Source of the DNA: Wickerhamiella versatilis
Lineage: Eukaryota
Length of the DNA stretch: 64,000 bases
Direction of reading: 5' to 3'
Assembly (NCBI GenBank): GCA_030867685.1
Contig: JAQOWU010000008.1
Location: 1,488,001 to 1,552,000 of the forward strand
Of the stretch, positions 21,039-31,612 are shown one piece after another. Position 1 is the first letter of the stretch; each line of letters begins with the position of its first letter. Made by a program: the position numbers and the translations under genes. Under the pieces are notes generated by a model. That model saw only the letters and a program-made list of their open reading frames with translations. It did no database searches and was not told the DNA's origin.

Positions 21039-23080
21039 ATGGTGGAGGAGGTGAGACCGAGGACTCAAATTTTTGTGCGTCATGTACCAAAAGAGGTAGA
21101 CCAAGAAGAGTTTGAGAGCTTCTTTTCAGAGATCTCTCCAGTGAGGCATGCAGTTGTCGTGCGTGATCCGGAAACAAAAGAGTCTCGAGGATTTGGATTT
21201 GTTAGCTTTGCAACTCCGGAAGACGCTCAAACTGCCCTAATTGAGCTGCCTAAAAAGCATTTAAGAAACAACAAACTTCAGGCTGAATTTTCTCGCCCGC
21301 GCCAACGTCAAAGTGAAAATTCAAATGATCCCGAGGCTTTGACAAAGAAGGAGCATCGTAGACCACGATTGATCGTGCGAAACTGTCCATGGTCTCTCAG
21401 GGATCCGAATGAGCTCAGAAAGATATTCGCGAAGTATGGAAAAGTCTTGGATGTGATTATACCACGAGGATCTAACAACCGAATGACAGGGTTCGCTTTC
21501 GTGACTATGCGTAAAAAGGTCCAAGCAAAGAATGCAATCGAGGGTTGCAAAGACTTGGAGATCCATGGTCGTAAAGTTGCTGTAGACTATGCCCTTGAAA
21601 AGTCTAAGTGGACGCAGATGAAGGATGGTAAAATCTCGAATAGCCGAGATGATATTGAACGTGATCTCAGCTCCGACTCTGAATCCGACTCTGAATCCAA
21701 CTCTGAATCCGAAGCTGCTTCTTCGGACTCGGACTCAGGCTCGGATGTTGAGGGATCCGGAAATACGGCGCCAGCTGGTGCTGACGTCTCTATGGATGAA
21801 GAATCACTGAGTGACAATGATATGTCCGAGGGAGAGGAAAATCTGAGCTTGTCTAGTAATGAACCCGAAGCACCAAAAAAGATGCGAGTGATGAAAAGAA
21901 AAAGTCTACAAGAACACGCATGTCCAACGAGAACACTGTCTTCATCCGAAATGTCCCTTATAATGCCACAGGGGAGAGCCTAGCGAAGCATTTTGAACAG
22001 TTTGGACCAGTTGCTTATGCACTTCCGGTAATGGATAAAAAACTGAATCAGCCTAAAGGTACAGCTTTCGTAGCTTTCAAAAGTAAAGCAGTCGCGAGCC
22101 AATGTGTAGCATCAGCACCACAAATAATGTCTACGTCCATACTAATTCCTGATGATGTTGATCGCAGATATGTGTATGAAGGGCGTATCCTATCTGTCAC
22201 CCAAGCTGTTGACCGAGAAAGGGCGGATGTTCTGACGGAAAAACGAGCTGCAGAGCGACTTGAAGCTCAAGGAAAGGCACCAAAAGAAGGTGATCGACGT
22301 CGCTTATTCCTGTTAAATGAGGGGCGGATTGGGCCTGATTCAAAACTGGCTGAGGTTATATCTCCAGCGGATATGAAACTTCGTGACCAATCGTTCCAGC
22401 TGCGAAAGCAGCAGCTTTCCAAAAATCCCTCTCTCCACTTAAGTATGACACGATTGGCCATCCGTAACATTCCTCGTAGCATGGATGAAAAGGCATTGAA
22501 GGCTCTTGGGCGTAAAGCTGTCGTTGAATTTGCTACCGAAGTGAAAGATGGTAGGCGCCAACCTCTATCAAAGGAAGAATTGATGAGGTCCATACATCAC
22601 CAAGATACGCTCGACGAGAACCTTAAGGATAAAAAGCATGGTGTTGTGAGGCAAGCCAAAATTATCATGGAATTGAAAGGAAGTGGTTCCGCCGGGCGAA
22701 GCCGTGGTTATGGCTTTTTGGAGATGCGTAACCATAAAGCCGCATTGATGGCATTGCGTTGGCTCAATGCTCACGCTGTCACTAAGGAAGAGATTGGTGT
22801 GTCTAAGGAACAGAGTGATGAGGAAGACTTCCGGAAACGGCGGCTTGTCGTCGAATTTGCCATAGAAAATGCGCAAGTTATTAAAAGGCAACGTGAGAAG
22901 CAAATCCGCCAGAAAGAGGCGTCACGTGTGGCTAAACAGCGGGCGTTGGAGAAAGCCGAAGTTCAAGAGCAGAAGGATTCTGAATCCCAGGCAGATGCCG
23001 ACGCCTTATCTGGGCAGAAGCGGAAGCGAGCTTTCATAGGTCGGAAGCGAAAAGCGAAAAAGATCAAGCAAAACAATTAA
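21039..23080 (+). CDS. NOP4: Nucleolar multi-RRM protein Nop4/RBM28, interrupted by one -1 frameshift near 21863-21930
   Basis: RRM1-2 plus acidic linker in 21039-21983; RRM3-4 ([30 protein letters not shown]) in the -1 frame to 23080; one added base yields about 680 aa. Confidence 0.9.
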
Positions 23081-23127
23081 TGTTTCAGTTTAAAGTGTTT
23101 ATGCAATAATTAGTATATTAAATAACA

Positions 23128-24546
23128 TTAATGATCATTGTTTTTACCTTCAAGTTTGCTAATGTTTCTAAACCACTCTTGAGCCGACGCACCCTCGGAA
23201 GTAGCTACATCTTTTGGGTCCTGCCCACAGTTGCTCTTTTTGATACCAACTACCGCTGCATTGCGTGTACTCGGAATTCTCAACCATTCAACTTCTGTTT
23301 TCCACCCAGCACTTTGTGCTACTGTAATTGTCTTTTCAAGAAGACCTGCGTAAGTGGACTTCTCAGTCCCGTGAGCAGGAAAACGGGTCTTAGTACCTGT
23401 CAAAGTGTGTGAACAGCACGGCAAAACCATAAATGGAAAACCAAACAGTGGCACCCAAAGGGTTAACTCATCCGAATGATTTCCAATAAGAAATAATCTT
23501 TTGGTAGTTTCCCCGCCAATCCAACACATGTCTGGAACAGAATCACTTCTAAAAAAGGAAGGACCAACCATAGCTTTGACAAGCGAGTCCTTCACATTTC
23601 TAGGATAGTTCCCCCATGATTTTCTCGCGCGTACATCTATTCCCTTGCCATGAAACCCCTCCTCAATAAGAATTCGAACTAGTAGCCCATTACCACAGCC
23701 AAGATCAATGAATTCAAATTCATCCTGATTTTGATACCCTGGTGTTTGAGACCAGAGTACAATGAGAAATGCAGCGATCCCTAGATCCTCAAAAACATGC
23801 TTTCGTGGATCTGTCTTTTCAGCCCAGTTATTGATGAGATCGGCAGAGTACTTTTGCTTTAGCTTGATATAGCAATTTTGAAAGCGTACACGATCAACAA
23901 CACGATCGTGATTTACACGGCGCCGATAGCCTAGGGCTTGTCCACGGGAATGCTTCACACATGTCTGCAGCAGACGAATGCAAATTCTTAAGAGACGATC
24001 AGTTGGTGGTATAGATGCCAATGAATGTTCATTATTCCACATCTTGAGGTAGATAGAGCACCTTCCCGGCTCAAATAGTAGTGCTACTTCTTTGGCGTCT
24101 GGAAGATAGTAAGGGCAGGCATCTGGAGAGAGTAAATGTGGTGAGTATACTAGCATTCTACTTTGCTCTTCTTTATCTGTATAGAATGCGCATGTCTGGT
24201 TTGTTATGACATCTCTTATGGGGTTACGAGGTATATTTCTCCGCACAAAGTACGAGCTTAAAGTCCACCCACTTAAGTTGGATATACGAGGTTCCAAATC
24301 CTCCGTATTATGAGCAAGCCAAGACTGGTCAAGATCACGGTTTTTAAAGTCATTATAGTGAATCGTACCCTCCACAAATTCGAAATATATATCTGCCCTC
24401 ATTAGTACTGTAGAATTAATATTTGGGTTGCGGACCAGATTATCCATAGCGGCATCAAAATTGATCCGTTCAAATTCCACATCCATGCTGTATGCAGGTA
24501 GCCATTCTCGTGGTAGCCTAGGATTTGGCAGGTTACGGATGTCCAT
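23128..24546 (-). CDS. TRM44: tRNA(Ser) Um44 2'-O-methyltransferase
   Basis: [54 protein letters not shown]. Confidence 0.95.
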   Translation of the reverse strand: MDIRNLPNPRLPREWLPAYSMDVEFERINFDAAMDNLVRNPNINSTVLMRADIYFEFVEGTIHYNDFKNRDLDQSWLAHNTEDLEPRISNLSGWTLSSYFVRRNIPRNPIRDVITNQTCAFYTDKEEQSRMLVYSPHLLSPDACPYYLPDAKEVALLFEPGRCSIYLKMWNNEHSLASIPPTDRLLRICIRLLQTCVKHSRGQALGYRRRVNHDRVVDRVRFQNCYIKLKQKYSADLINNWAEKTDPRKHVFEDLGIAAFLIVLWSQTPGYQNQDEFEFIDLGCGNGLLVRILIEEGFHGKGIDVRARKSWGNYPRNVKDSLVKAMVGPSFFRSDSVPDMCWIGGETTKRLFLIGNHSDELTLWVPLFGFPFMVLPCCSHTLTGTKTRFPAHGTEKSTYAGLLEKTITVAQSAGWKTEVEWLRIPSTRNAAVVGIKKSNCGQDPKDVATSEGASAQEWFRNISKLEGKNNDH

Positions 24547-24613
24547 ATCTATAAAAAAAAACAGTCCTTTCCTGCAAACGGCCTTTGTTTGCTTTGTCAG
24601 TCACCATCATCAC

Positions 24614-25507
24614 ATGGCGGCATCGCAGTTTCAGCAACTGGAAAAGCTTGGTGAAGGTACATATGCTACTGTTTATAAAGGCAGGAACCGCGAAACTGGG
24701 CAACTTGTTGCCTTAAAGGAAATCAATCTTGACAGTGAAGAAGGCACACCTTCCACAGCAATTCGAGAGATCTCCCTGATGAAGGAACTTAAACACGAAA
24801 ACATTGTCACCCTTTACGATGTTATTCACACGGAAAATAAGTTAAATCTTGTCTTTGAGTATATGAACAGGGATCTCAAACGTTACATGGATTTATATGG
24901 CACTAAGGGGGCACTTCCGCTTCAGCAGGCAAAAATCTTTATGTATCAGCTTCTTAGAGGCGTTTTATTTTGCCACGATAATCGTGTTTTACACCGTGAT
25001 CTTAAACCACAAAATCTCCTAATTAATCAAAAAGGTGTGTTGAAATTGGGTGACTTTGGTCTAGCACGAGCTTACGGAATACCTGTCAACACATTCAGCA
25101 ATGAGGTTGTCACATTATGGTACAGAGCTCCAGATGTTCTCCTGGGAAGTCGAACATATAATACTTCGATAGATTTGTGGAGCGCTGGATGCATCATGGC
25201 TGAAATGCTCACCGGAAGACCAATATTCCCTGGTAGCTCTAACGACGACGAATTGCACCGAATATTCAAAATAATGGGAACTCCTACCGAACAAACCTGG
25301 CCTGGTATTTCACATTTTCCCAACTATAACCCAAACTTTCACATTTACCCACCTCAAGATCTCGCCATGATTGTACCACAGGTGGATCCAATTGGACTCG
25401 ACTTACTGATGCAGCTGCTCCAAATGAGACCTGAAATGCGTATTTCCGCCAGAGATGCCCTGGCACATCCCTGGTTTGCAGAATATCATTCTGTGCCAGT
25501 TTATTAA
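24614..25507 (+). CDS. PHO85: Cyclin-dependent kinase Pho85 (297 aa from ATG 24614)
   Basis: [49 protein letters not shown]; divergent from TRM44 as in S. cerevisiae. Confidence 0.97.
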   Translation: MAASQFQQLEKLGEGTYATVYKGRNRETGQLVALKEINLDSEEGTPSTAIREISLMKELKHENIVTLYDVIHTENKLNLVFEYMNRDLKRYMDLYGTKGALPLQQAKIFMYQLLRGVLFCHDNRVLHRDLKPQNLLINQKGVLKLGDFGLARAYGIPVNTFSNEVVTLWYRAPDVLLGSRTYNTSIDLWSAGCIMAEMLTGRPIFPGSSNDDELHRIFKIMGTPTEQTWPGISHFPNYNPNFHIYPPQDLAMIVPQVDPIGLDLLMQLLQMRPEMRISARDALAHPWFAEYHSVPVY

Positions 25508-25703
25508 GGATATTTACTAAAATGAATAGTCGTTAAGTTCTGTAGTTACTTGTCAGAGCGGAAGTAAGAATGATTTTTCGAATATGAAGCACATATTTTA
25601 CTTCATAAATCTACTTTAAAGGACCTTTTGGTTAGTTGATCATTAGCATAGACGAAAAGTTAGTTGGTGCAACGTTACAGATAAATAGTAATAAATAAAG
25701 GTT

Positions 25704-26411
25704 CTATCCAGTGAAAAATAGTTTACTCAGACATTCCTGCAGCTCGTTTGTATTCACTGTGCATTTTTCAGCTGCTTTCCATACCGCCTGCAAATCGCTG
25801 CATCGTGTATCCATAAGTTTCACAAGTTCAGAGGCGAGCTCCACAAGATCTGAATCTAATGCAGCTATAAGGGCATTATGGTCACATCTTAATAGTCTTT
25901 TAGCCATGCAAGATACAGCATCAAGGTATCCATTACGAATAAAATGTGGATATGCCTTGGCAGGGCTTTCCAATTGTGCACCACATGATACGAAAAATGC
26001 TTTGAGTGCTAGCGCCCTTGGAGAGTTATCATTTTCAAGATCATAAGGTAAATAGTCCTTCACGGAGTGCTTAATACCCCAGCCAAGCAGCTTCTCCGCT
26101 GTAACGAATGGCCACAACCCCACGTATAATGGCAACTCGCTGTCAACATTCAATTGCTTAAGTACTAGCCTTCGTTCCATGCTCAAAGAGAGTGGAAGGA
26201 TCTTGTTATACAGAGAGCGGCATACGAAAGGAAGCATTAAATTACCACTCTCAACATATATCATGTATATGAGCTCCAGGGGAAGGAGCTCCAAATTAAC
26301 ATGTGAGCTACCACACTTTTTCATTCTCCCCCCATAGTGTATTGTTTCAAGCTTTCTACGTTTGCGAACGCGGTATTTCTTTGGCCGATTAACGGTTAAA
26401 AATCCCATCAC
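25704..26411 (-). CDS. Hypothetical protein with basic N-terminus and F-box-like segment
   Basis: 235-aa ORF fills the intergenic gap; LELLPLELIYMIY...LPFVCRSL is F-box-like. Confidence 0.6.
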   Translation of the reverse strand: MMGFLTVNRPKKYRVRKRRKLETIHYGGRMKKCGSSHVNLELLPLELIYMIYVESGNLMLPFVCRSLYNKILPLSLSMERRLVLKQLNVDSELPLYVGLWPFVTAEKLLGWGIKHSVKDYLPYDLENDNSPRALALKAFFVSCGAQLESPAKAYPHFIRNGYLDAVSCMAKRLLRCDHNALIAALDSDLVELASELVKLMDTRCSDLQAVWKAAEKCTVNTNELQECLSKLFFTG

Positions 26412-26467
26412 TGGAATTAAAAGATTATATAAGCGACAATTTCTTTTGCAAATATCTTCTCTCGAAA

Positions 26468-27964
26468 ATGAGAGTACGAAAGCCTACATCCAAACGCAGG
26501 AGCACGAGGCTCCAAAAAGGGATTGAAAAGAAAATTTCTGCTCATCATCGTAAACAAAGAAAGGAAGCCAAAAAAAATCTGCAGTGGCGATCGAAGCATC
26601 CCAAGGATCCTGGTATTCCCAATTCTTATCCGTTCAAAGCTCAGCTGTTAGAACAGATGGAACAGCAGAAGCAGCATGATGCGGAGGTACGTGAAGCTAG
26701 ACGTGAGGAGCTCAGGCAACAAGCTTTGAGTCAAGGTGCTACTGATGCAGATCTTGAACGATTCGAAGTTCAGCAAGACGTCTCAGACAATCAGAATAGA
26801 CTCGGTGCTCTAATGAACTCCGTCAATGAGGCAGTTGCTGCTTACGAGCAGCCAAGCGATGAAAATATGGAGTTAGATTCGGATGAGAGCTCTCTGGAAG
26901 AAAGCGATGATGATGGTGTTCAATCTGTTTTTGAACATATTCGTTCAGACCCATCTCGCCAGTCATTTGAAAAACATCTAAAAGATGTCGTTGAGGCGTG
27001 TGATGTGCTCATATATGTTCTTGATGCTCGTAATCCAGCAGGAACACGATCGAAAAAAGTTGAGGAGACTGTTTTGGCCAATCCCAATAAGAGACTTATC
27101 TTTGCCTTGAATAAGGTCGATCTTGTACCGCATGATGTTCTCAAAGCATGGCATAAGTATCTATCAAGAAGCTTCCCAACTATTCCCCTTATCACCGCAC
27201 CACCGGCACCTAACTCGCATACGTTCCCCCATCAAAATCTGAGCCGTACTTCAACCGCAGGCCGTCTTATTGAATCTCTGAAAAAGTATGCATCTGAATC
27301 GTCGTTGAATCGAATGGTAACTGCTGGTGTTCTTGGCTATCCTAATGTGGGCAAAAGTTCTGTAATTAACGCACTTTTATCTCGACACGGACGAGGAGGA
27401 CACTCATGTCCGGTTGGTGCACAGGCTGGTGTCACAACTAGTGTCCGACGTGTGAAGGTCGACAACAAGTTGATGATATTAGATTGCCCCGGTATTGTAT
27501 TTCCCACGTCCAAAAAACTCAGTCCCATAGATGAACAGGCTCGTCTCATTCTTTTGAATGCTCTGCCCCCGAAATATATGGATGACTGCCGGCCAGCTGT
27601 CAGCAAGCTTGTTCGCAGGTTACAGAAGAACCCCGAACAGTATGAGCTGTTTATCAATCACTATGATATTCCTCCGTTGGTTGAGCAGCCATTCTCTGAC
27701 TATATTACGAGCATTCTGGTACACATCGGCCGTCGTCTGGGTCGTCTAAACAAAGGTGGTATCCCTGATCTTGGAAGTGCGGCACATGCTGTCATTACAG
27801 ATTGGCGAGACGGTCGAATTTCCGGCTGGGCATCCCCGCCTGACGATGCTGAGATGACTAGCAAAAATGCAGGCAATGAAGCCTCCGCCCAGAACAATGT
27901 CGAAATCGTTAACGATTGGTCTAAGGAATTTAATATTGATGGAATTCTTGAAGGTCTTCTATAG
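26468..27964 (+). CDS. NUG1: Nucleolar circularly permuted GTPase Nug1/GNL3
   Basis: KDPGIPNSYPFK, VLDARNP, NKVD, GYPNVGKSS, DCPG. Confidence 0.95.
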   Translation: MRVRKPTSKRRSTRLQKGIEKKISAHHRKQRKEAKKNLQWRSKHPKDPGIPNSYPFKAQLLEQMEQQKQHDAEVREARREELRQQALSQGATDADLERFEVQQDVSDNQNRLGALMNSVNEAVAAYEQPSDENMELDSDESSLEESDDDGVQSVFEHIRSDPSRQSFEKHLKDVVEACDVLIYVLDARNPAGTRSKKVEETVLANPNKRLIFALNKVDLVPHDVLKAWHKYLSRSFPTIPLITAPPAPNSHTFPHQNLSRTSTAGRLIESLKKYASESSLNRMVTAGVLGYPNVGKSSVINALLSRHGRGGHSCPVGAQAGVTTSVRRVKVDNKLMILDCPGIVFPTSKKLSPIDEQARLILLNALPPKYMDDCRPAVSKLVRRLQKNPEQYELFINHYDIPPLVEQPFSDYITSILVHIGRRLGRLNKGGIPDLGSAAHAVITDWRDGRISGWASPPDDAEMTSKNAGNEASAQNNVEIVNDWSKEFNIDGILEGLL

Positions 27965-28120
27965 TATTCGTCAGTCTAAATTTTGTTTTCTATCTAGTGC
28001 TATATCTTCATATATTCCTATATCTCGGTAAATCATAGCGTCCAGCTTCGCTTGAATTTTGCATCTAAGAGCTAAAGCTTTAATCAATCGACAACGGATT
28101 ACTCATTAGGACATATATAT

Positions 28121-28846
28121 ATGCGTAGAGTTGGTCTCGCTGCATTTGAAGGAACTAATCAGCACTTTGAGCGCGTTGGTGATGAATTTTCAGCTGCCAA
28201 TGCGGATATTGTTACTTCACAAATTACAACTTTGCAAGAATATCTCACGCATTTCGCTTATGAGCATGGCAGCCAGATAAGGACACAACCTCGATTTAGG
28301 GCTGAATTTGCACAAATGTGTGCATCAATTGGAGTAGATCTACTATCATACTCTAGCACCAATGACTCTGGATCTATCTGGTCTCGTATTATGGGAAGAG
28401 ATGTGAATGATTTTTATTTTGGCTTGGCAGTAAGAATCATAGAGAAATGCCGGGCTTCACGGGATAAAAATGGTGGTGTCATCACGCTAGCACAGCTTCG
28501 TAGCTTGCTTGCTGATACAGAGAAGTCTGAGGCGCCAACGGACGATGACATCGTGAGAGCTATAAAATCCCTTGAAGTCTTGGGCCCAGGTATGGAAATT
28601 AAGTACCTTCCTAATAATGTCGTTGTGATCCGCAGTGCTACATTTGACTTTACCCCCGACCATGGGGAAGTTCTAATGGCTTGTGAGGCATTAGGTTTTG
28701 TTACTGTGCCCATGCTTTCTGATAACTTTAGCTGGACAGCTGATCGAGCACAGTGGACACTGGATGAGATGGTAACTGCTGGATTTTTATGGGTCGATAA
28801 CCAGGTGTCACCAGTGCAGTACTGGTCACCAGCAGGTATATTCTGA
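28121..28846 (+). CDS. SNF8: ESCRT-II subunit Vps22/Snf8
   Basis: MRRVGLAAF, FRAEFAQMCASIGVD, DFYFGLAVRIIE, GFLWVDNQ...YWSP. Confidence 0.93.
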   Translation: MRRVGLAAFEGTNQHFERVGDEFSAANADIVTSQITTLQEYLTHFAYEHGSQIRTQPRFRAEFAQMCASIGVDLLSYSSTNDSGSIWSRIMGRDVNDFYFGLAVRIIEKCRASRDKNGGVITLAQLRSLLADTEKSEAPTDDDIVRAIKSLEVLGPGMEIKYLPNNVVVIRSATFDFTPDHGEVLMACEALGFVTVPMLSDNFSWTADRAQWTLDEMVTAGFLWVDNQVSPVQYWSPAGIF

Positions 28847-29130
28847 AACCATAGCAGGTCTTATACATTGCGATATCTAGGCATTCTGGCAGAACAAGCG
28901 AGGTGGATTTGAGGCCATGGCCACTCTATTTAAGCTATTTAGATTATTTATTCAATTTTGACATTCTGTTTTGTTTGCTAAGTGAAGGGTAAGAAATATC
29001 AGGCATTTTCAATTATTTTCAATTATGCACTATTTCAGAAGTTTAATGTGCTATTCTTTTGCTTTTCTCTGCCATCTAAGTGGCGAAGCTCTTGTATCCT
29101 TGAAGCCAGTCTACCTCTGTTGCCTTTGTA

Positions 29131-29943
29131 ATGGATTGGTCTGCCGTGGATGAAGCGCGAGGTGAGTCTGTAACTGCTAAATCGCCAGACCGCGTACTTT
29201 TTTACGGAAGCGAAACTTTCAAGATTTCACTATTAAGCCCTAACAAGCGCGGAATCGTTGCCAATGACGAAATAGAGACTGAAGGATCCACATACGATAT
29301 CTATTTTCTGCGGATAGCTTCACGTGAATTAGTGGAGTTGATAGCCCCAAATACTGTGATTATCGTCGTAAATTGGCTCGAGGCAGGCCCTTCCTGGTCC
29401 GAATGGATTGAGAAGTGTCTTGAAACGATAAGCACGCTTGAGTCCAGTCCGCGTCTTATACTCTATGCACAAAATTTCGAAACGGTGGCCTCTGATCCTA
29501 AATTCATGATTGAGGACGCAAATGATGCTCTAGAGCAATACCTAAGGGCAGTTTGCTACAAGAGCCATGCCACGCTTATTTATGAGTACCCAGAAATTAA
29601 TTGGTCAGTTATTCTTGACAGAAGTTACGCGCCAGAAGCCTGCTTTAAGAATAATTTATTGATTCCTGCAGGTCAGGATAGTCCCGAAAAAATCTTGGCC
29701 GTCAACTCCAGTTTTCCTCTTGACGATGTCGGTCATGGCTACATACCAAAGTCCTTACCCGGGATTATGCCTGGACAATCAAATAGGACATCTGAGGCAG
29801 AGGTTAAACTTCTCAAGCTGGAAGACATAACTAGTCGATTCCATGAAGGTGCTCATAAAGTTGACCTATTTGCAAACCAAGAGCCACCTGAAGCTGCTGC
29901 AGTGCGTAGTTTTTTTGATTACCTTAAAGATAAGGCTGGCTGA
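29131..29943 (+). CDS. Divergent dynein light intermediate chain-like protein
   Basis: EQYLRAVCYKSHATLIY, LLIPAGQDSPEKI and terminal SFFDYL resemble DLIC motifs. Confidence 0.55.
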   Translation: MDWSAVDEARGESVTAKSPDRVLFYGSETFKISLLSPNKRGIVANDEIETEGSTYDIYFLRIASRELVELIAPNTVIIVVNWLEAGPSWSEWIEKCLETISTLESSPRLILYAQNFETVASDPKFMIEDANDALEQYLRAVCYKSHATLIYEYPEINWSVILDRSYAPEACFKNNLLIPAGQDSPEKILAVNSSFPLDDVGHGYIPKSLPGIMPGQSNRTSEAEVKLLKLEDITSRFHEGAHKVDLFANQEPPEAAAVRSFFDYLKDKAG

Positions 29944-29966
29944 TGCCTCCACTACAACTATATAAT

Positions 29967-31583
29967 TTAACTTATCATTTCAACATCCAACTCTCTAATT
30001 TTTGGAACCGTAGGTCTGGACTTTGAGATGCTCGCTTCAATTGCCCGTTTCAATATGTCACCTGTGACGGGATCATCACGGGAAAGACTTAGTGCTTGAT
30101 TCAACCGAGCCACCGATGCGTCGACTTCCCCTAACTGCAGAAGAACAAGCCCAAGGGCAGTTAAGATGCTTGCATCAAGAGGTGCTGCTCTAGTAACTTC
30201 CTCGAAATAAGCCCTGGCCGTTTCTAGATTCCCAATCCTACGATAAGCGTATGCCAAATTTGCTTGAATGCACGTGTGCGTCCTGCGCTCACATTCCAAA
30301 GACGAAGCCTTCTGTAGAGCACGCTGCAAGCACTCTACAGCACGATTCATATCATTTTTATGATAAGCCACTACCCCTTGTTCATTAAGAAGTAAAGGAT
30401 CATCACTAAAAAGTGACTGTGCAGTCTTTAAATATTGTTCAGCAGCACCAAAATTATTTAGTTGAAGATGCTGCATGCCGAGATAGAGGTAAGGCATATG
30501 AGAGGCTGGGAACATCCTAGCAGCAGCAGTGTATGCCACTATGGCTTGTTCATGTTCACCTTCCTGGGCAAAAGAATGCGCAAATCCCAACCACGCATTG
30601 CTACTATCTGGCTCTAAGGTGGTTGCGTGGGAGAAGGCTTTACGCGCCTCCTGCGGGTTCACGATGCCAAGGTAATACGTACCAATTGCTAGCCAGCTCA
30701 CCGCTTCTTCGGGCACAACACCAACGAGTTCATGAGCTAGGCGATAAAGCTCATTGTATTGTTCGGTTTCATGTAGACAAGCAATGTACATAGGATAGAC
30801 CCGGATATTATGGGGATCCCGAGCGAGCAGATCTTCGCAAAGTCGGCAGGCCTCAGTATAGTACGAGCGCAAGAAATAATGCTCTGCACGCGCAATAACG
30901 ACATCTTCACTGTTTCCAAGCCCATATACGTCCGTCATGAGCTGGACACTCTTGGCAAACTCCTCGATATTTGCAAGCTTTGACATTCGTACACCGTATA
31001 CCGCCCTAATAAGATCCGCACTTTCTCCAAGTCGGTGGAAATCCATACTCTGCAACAATTGCCATTCATCCTTCGGTGCCAGCATCTCATGGGAAGTCAG
31101 TTGATCAAAGGCCTCAAAGCATCGAGGGTCGGCACGAAGCGCTGCCACGTAAGACTCCCTAGCTTCATCAAATCGCGACTGAAGAGCATATATGCGTCCC
31201 TGTAAGAAACTAATCAATGCGGCAAATGCTATACCCGCTACCTCAGTGTCATCGAATGCGTCTGCGAGAATTTCATTAGAATGAGAAGTTGGCGTATCTA
31301 TGAGTTTTTGTGCTTCATCAAGCTTTTCTGCCTCCACAAGACATCTAATGGCTAAGTAGCGGCATTCTTGGGAGTGACGATGATCCTCACGTCGCGTCAG
31401 AAGGTCTGCGGCTCTTAAATAATTTCCAGATGCGTGATAAGCCTGGGCCAGCCAGTACGCATCAGTGCATTCTTCACTTAGTGCAAGTATTTTGTCGCCG
31501 AGTAGCTGAGCCGTAGCATATAAATGCTTTTCATGGGCCTGTTGTCGCCATTGGCGTAGCTCTTCAATCTGGGTTGGTGCCAT
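29967..31583 (-). CDS. CDC16: APC/C TPR subunit Cdc16/Apc6
   Basis: ELRQWRQQA...GDKIL N-terminus, TPRs, AWLGFAHSFAQEGEHEQAI, LYLGMQ, DPLLLNEQGV. Confidence 0.93.
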   Translation of the reverse strand: MAPTQIEELRQWRQQAHEKHLYATAQLLGDKILALSEECTDAYWLAQAYHASGNYLRAADLLTRREDHRHSQECRYLAIRCLVEAEKLDEAQKLIDTPTSHSNEILADAFDDTEVAGIAFAALISFLQGRIYALQSRFDEARESYVAALRADPRCFEAFDQLTSHEMLAPKDEWQLLQSMDFHRLGESADLIRAVYGVRMSKLANIEEFAKSVQLMTDVYGLGNSEDVVIARAEHYFLRSYYTEACRLCEDLLARDPHNIRVYPMYIACLHETEQYNELYRLAHELVGVVPEEAVSWLAIGTYYLGIVNPQEARKAFSHATTLEPDSSNAWLGFAHSFAQEGEHEQAIVAYTAAARMFPASHMPYLYLGMQHLQLNNFGAAEQYLKTAQSLFSDDPLLLNEQGVVAYHKNDMNRAVECLQRALQKASSLECERRTHTCIQANLAYAYRRIGNLETARAYFEEVTRAAPLDASILTALGLVLLQLGEVDASVARLNQALSLSRDDPVTGDILKRAIEASISKSRPTVPKIRELDVEMIS

Positions 31584-31612
31584 CTCAGTCAGCTAGATTG
31601 AGGCATCAGGCT

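Noticed and set aside
24428-24613. ORF-track N-terminal extensions (PHO85, also LIP2, ERG27, SGF11, RNH70, LYS1, DsbA-like)
   Set aside because: Non-ATG or overlapping starts; family homology begins at the downstream ATG
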